In this document: positions 60,992-64,000 of the stretch, piece by piece | Layout of the letters: the number at the start of each line of letters is the position of its first letter | How positions within the stretch are numbered: position 1 is the first letter of the stretch | NCBI RefSeq assembly: GCF_024521635.1 | Contig: NW_026250404.1 | Span: 2,294,001 to 2,358,000 of the forward strand | Origin: Tricharina praecox | Lineage: Eukaryota | Length of the DNA: 64,000 nucleotides | Direction of reading: 5' to 3' | Program-made: the position numbers and the translations under genes | Notes under the pieces: generated by a model | Seen by the model: only the letters and a program-made list of their open reading frames with translations | Database searches by the model: none | What the model was told of the DNA's origin: nothing

Positions 60992-62850
60992 ATGCCGGAA
61001 GAACACGCGCGAGACGAGACGGCCACGCCGACGACGATGGATACGGATACAGCTGCCAGTGTCGGCGGCGGAATGGAGGACGAAGAGTACGAACGCAAGC
61101 TCGTCCGCAAGCTCGATATGAACATCGTCCCGGTCGTTATGTTGCTGTATCTGCTGTCGTTCCTGGATCGGTGAGTGGCCGGGACCTGGGAGACTGCGCT
61201 TTGGGGTGGGGGGAATGGGGCGCTGACGGGATGCGCGGAACGGAAGGGTCAATATTGGCTCGGCTAGGTTGTATGGCCTCGAGGAGGACCTGGGATTGGT
61301 CGGGAATCAGTATCAGTTGGTGAGATTGACTTCGAACGAGCGAGAGGGTGAGGGAAGTTTAGGCGGCGGCGGTGGTGGCGGCGGCTGATCGGAACTTAAT
61401 TGACTTGGGCTTGGGCCGCATTGTAGGCTGTTTCGATTCTCTTCGTAACTTACTTGGTGGGTTTACCGGTCCCTCGGCTTGGTCTGACTGCGAGAAGTTG
61501 ACAGCGAGAATGTAGGCCTGTGAGCTTCCTGGCAACCTCGTGCTCAAAAAGTTCACACCGAGATATTACAGTGCCGTCCCCTATTACTCCCCTCCGCCGC
61601 CGTGCAGTAGATGCTATGGCTGACATGCTGCGGCAGTCACGTTCATCACGTTATCATGGGGAACAATCGCAACCTTCACAGGCCTCGTACAGTCCTACGG
61701 CGGACTGCTTGCCTGTCGTCTCCTGCTAGGCGTCGTCGAAGCGTCGCTCTTCCCGGGCCTGGCAGTGTACCTAACGCTCTTCTACACGAAGGGTGAGCTG
61801 GCGCTACGCATAGGCTACCTCTTCGTCTCGGCCGCGCTCGCCGGAGCCTGTGGCGGCCTCCTCGCGTACGCCATCGGTTTCATGGACGGTACAGCCGGAA
61901 TGCGCGGCTGGAGATGGATCCTGATCATCGAGGGGATTCCCACGGTGATCATGGGGGTGGTGACGTTCTTCATCCTCGCCGACGACCCGGACACGGCCTG
62001 GTACCTGACGGAAGAGGAGCGCCAATTCTGCATCAAGCGCCTGGGCCGCGAGGCCGAAGCCACCGCGAGCGCCCGCCAATTCCACTGGACCGACGTCAGG
62101 AAGTGCTTCACCGACTGGAAAACGTACTTCTTCGCCGCGGCCCTGTTCGGCATGGACACGATGCTCTACGGCTACTCCACCTTCCTCCCAACCATCATCA
62201 AGAGCATCGGCGGCACCGCCTGGAGCAACGCGCAAGTGCAAGCGCTGACCATCCCCTGCTACGCCCTGGGCGCAATCACCTACCTGATCGTCGCGCGGCT
62301 TTCCGACCGCCACCAAAAGCGCGGGCTATACACCATCATCTTCGCGGCAGTTTCCATGATCGGCTACGGCGTCCTCCTCGCCGACGCCTCCGCCGGCGTC
62401 CACTACTTCGGCTGCTTCCTCGTCGCCATGGGGCTGTACGTAGCTGTCGGCCTGCCGCTCGCCTGGCTGCCGAACAACTCCCCACGGTACGGAAAGCGTA
62501 CGGCCGCCACGGGGTTCCAGCTCACGTGCGGCAACGCCGCCGGCGTCATGGCCCCGTTCCTATATCCGAATACCGACGGCCCAAGATTCACAAAGGGCCA
62601 CGCGGTGAGCCTGGCCATGGTCGGGTTCGCCGCAGTCATGTATTCCATCCTATGGGCGGCGCTCGCGAAGTTGAATCGTGACCGCGAACAAGGGAAGGAG
62701 GACTGGAAGCTCGAGGGGAAGACGTGGGAGGAGGTCGCGGAGATGGGTGATGAGTCGTACGTCTACCTGCTCGCTGTCTATCGAGATCTGGGGAGGATCC
62801 AGAGTGCTAATGGGTTGATGTCTAGGCCGAGATATAAATACACCGTCTGA
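60992..62850 (+). CDS. MFS permease, anion:cation symporter family (Tna1/Dal5-like) (493 aa, exons 60992-61170, 61247-61319, 61427-61456, 61516-61570, 61637-62756, 62826-62850)
   Basis: ERKLVRKLDMNIVP...LYLLSFLDRVNIGSARLYGLEEDLGL, ELPGNL, RLLLGVVEA.LFPG, GMRGWRWILIIEG, FLPTII and SDR...RG. All five introns are GT-AG and keep the frame. Confidence 0.92.
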
Positions 62851-64000
62851 ATATGTAGAGAATGATAGGTTATGAGGTTATGTTTTCATTGTGGAGGCTG
62901 TACGATTACGGTGGTCTTTTCTTCGCTGTACCATGGTTATATAGGAAGGTATCATGTGAGAGTGCAAATACTATAGATTGTCACTGGCAACTGGTTACTG
63001 CACATCTGCGACTTCTGGAATCACGGCCGGAAGCTTTGACAATAGTACCGGTAGTTATTGTCACTACTGCGCTTTCGCATGTACCCCCAAACAGCCGCGA
63101 CAACTACCTACCTCCTGCTGCTCCGGCTGCTCCTCGCCTATCTAGATTCTATCGATGTTGCTTCCCGGCCCTTGCGTCCCATAACCACTCCACATCCAAG
63201 CAGAGTATTTACCGTCAATATACCCGCCGTCCGATCCCATCCCACCCCATCCCATCTACGCCTCAATACTACGTAATGGCCCCTCTCCCCCGGTTATCCT
63301 CACCGGACCCGTCATCCAAACTTCCCATCCCATGACGCGAAAGGCAGACAAGCAACACAAAAGCCTTCTTCGCACCCTGCCCAGTGCCCCGCATCCCTGC
63401 CGACCCTGCATGACGCCCGCTCACCACTCCCCAAAAACCGTAACGATATGCATGCCGCGCCGCGCCGCGCCGCGCCTTCAGGGTTCGTGAGGCTCACGTT
63501 GATGGTTGCCTACCTATGCTATCCGCGGACGGAGAGGCACAGCAGTAGTCGTAGAAGTAATACATAGAAGTAGTCGCGTGCGTGACCGAGAGAGAACGCA
63601 GGACAAAACCCGCACCCCCTCCGAGTCTCCGTCCATCCTCATCCGTCGGTCGCAACCCACGCACACAGACGCACACGCACACGACGACGTTGACTCCTGT
63701 TGTTCCGGACACGATACACGATGCACACCCGCACCAGCACCGGCAACACGCTCGACGGCCCCGGCGGCGCCGGCGGAGGCGGACTGTCGCGCACCAGCTC
63801 CTTCGCGACTCGCAGCACTGTCGGTATGGCTCACCGAGCTAAACCCCCCAGATCCCCCGAATCTAGGTGAGCTGCACCGCTGACAGCAGGCAGATATGGG
63901 CGGCGTCAAGCCAAGGCTGTCGTTACCGACGAAACGTGGGTCTCCCTCCCCCGATGTGTGGCTGCGGTGTGGGCTGGGCTAAATAATGGGGTGTAGTCGG

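Overview
Eukaryotic DNA from a filamentous ascomycete: short GT-AG introns with CTRAC branch points and long, microsatellite-rich intergenic spacers. A Pezizomycete-like lineage is a guess from the overall style only. Spliced gene models built by hand, all with intact reading frames: Reb1/DMTF1-like Myb protein, RAD54, CMR1/WDR76, mitochondrial Asn-tRNA synthetase, a DUF2263/microbial-PARG-like macrodomain protein, allantoinase, UTP13, NIF3, a cysteine-free thioredoxin-like protein, a Pro-rich NPF protein and an ACS-family MFS permease. The most unusual feature is a ~1.4 kb segment present twice in inverted orientation (~6699-8072 and ~38653-40123). Each copy carries an intact two-exon gene that fuses an IFI27/ISG12-like Gly/Ala hydrophobic domain to a piggyBac-transposase-type Cys-rich zinc finger. 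The finger shows a strong excess of synonymous differences between copies. The window also has three non-coding minisatellite arrays, including a 46-bp array with a 263-bp higher-order duplication. No rRNA, tRNA or CRISPR was recognised. Family assignments come from motif recognition by eye, not database searches.
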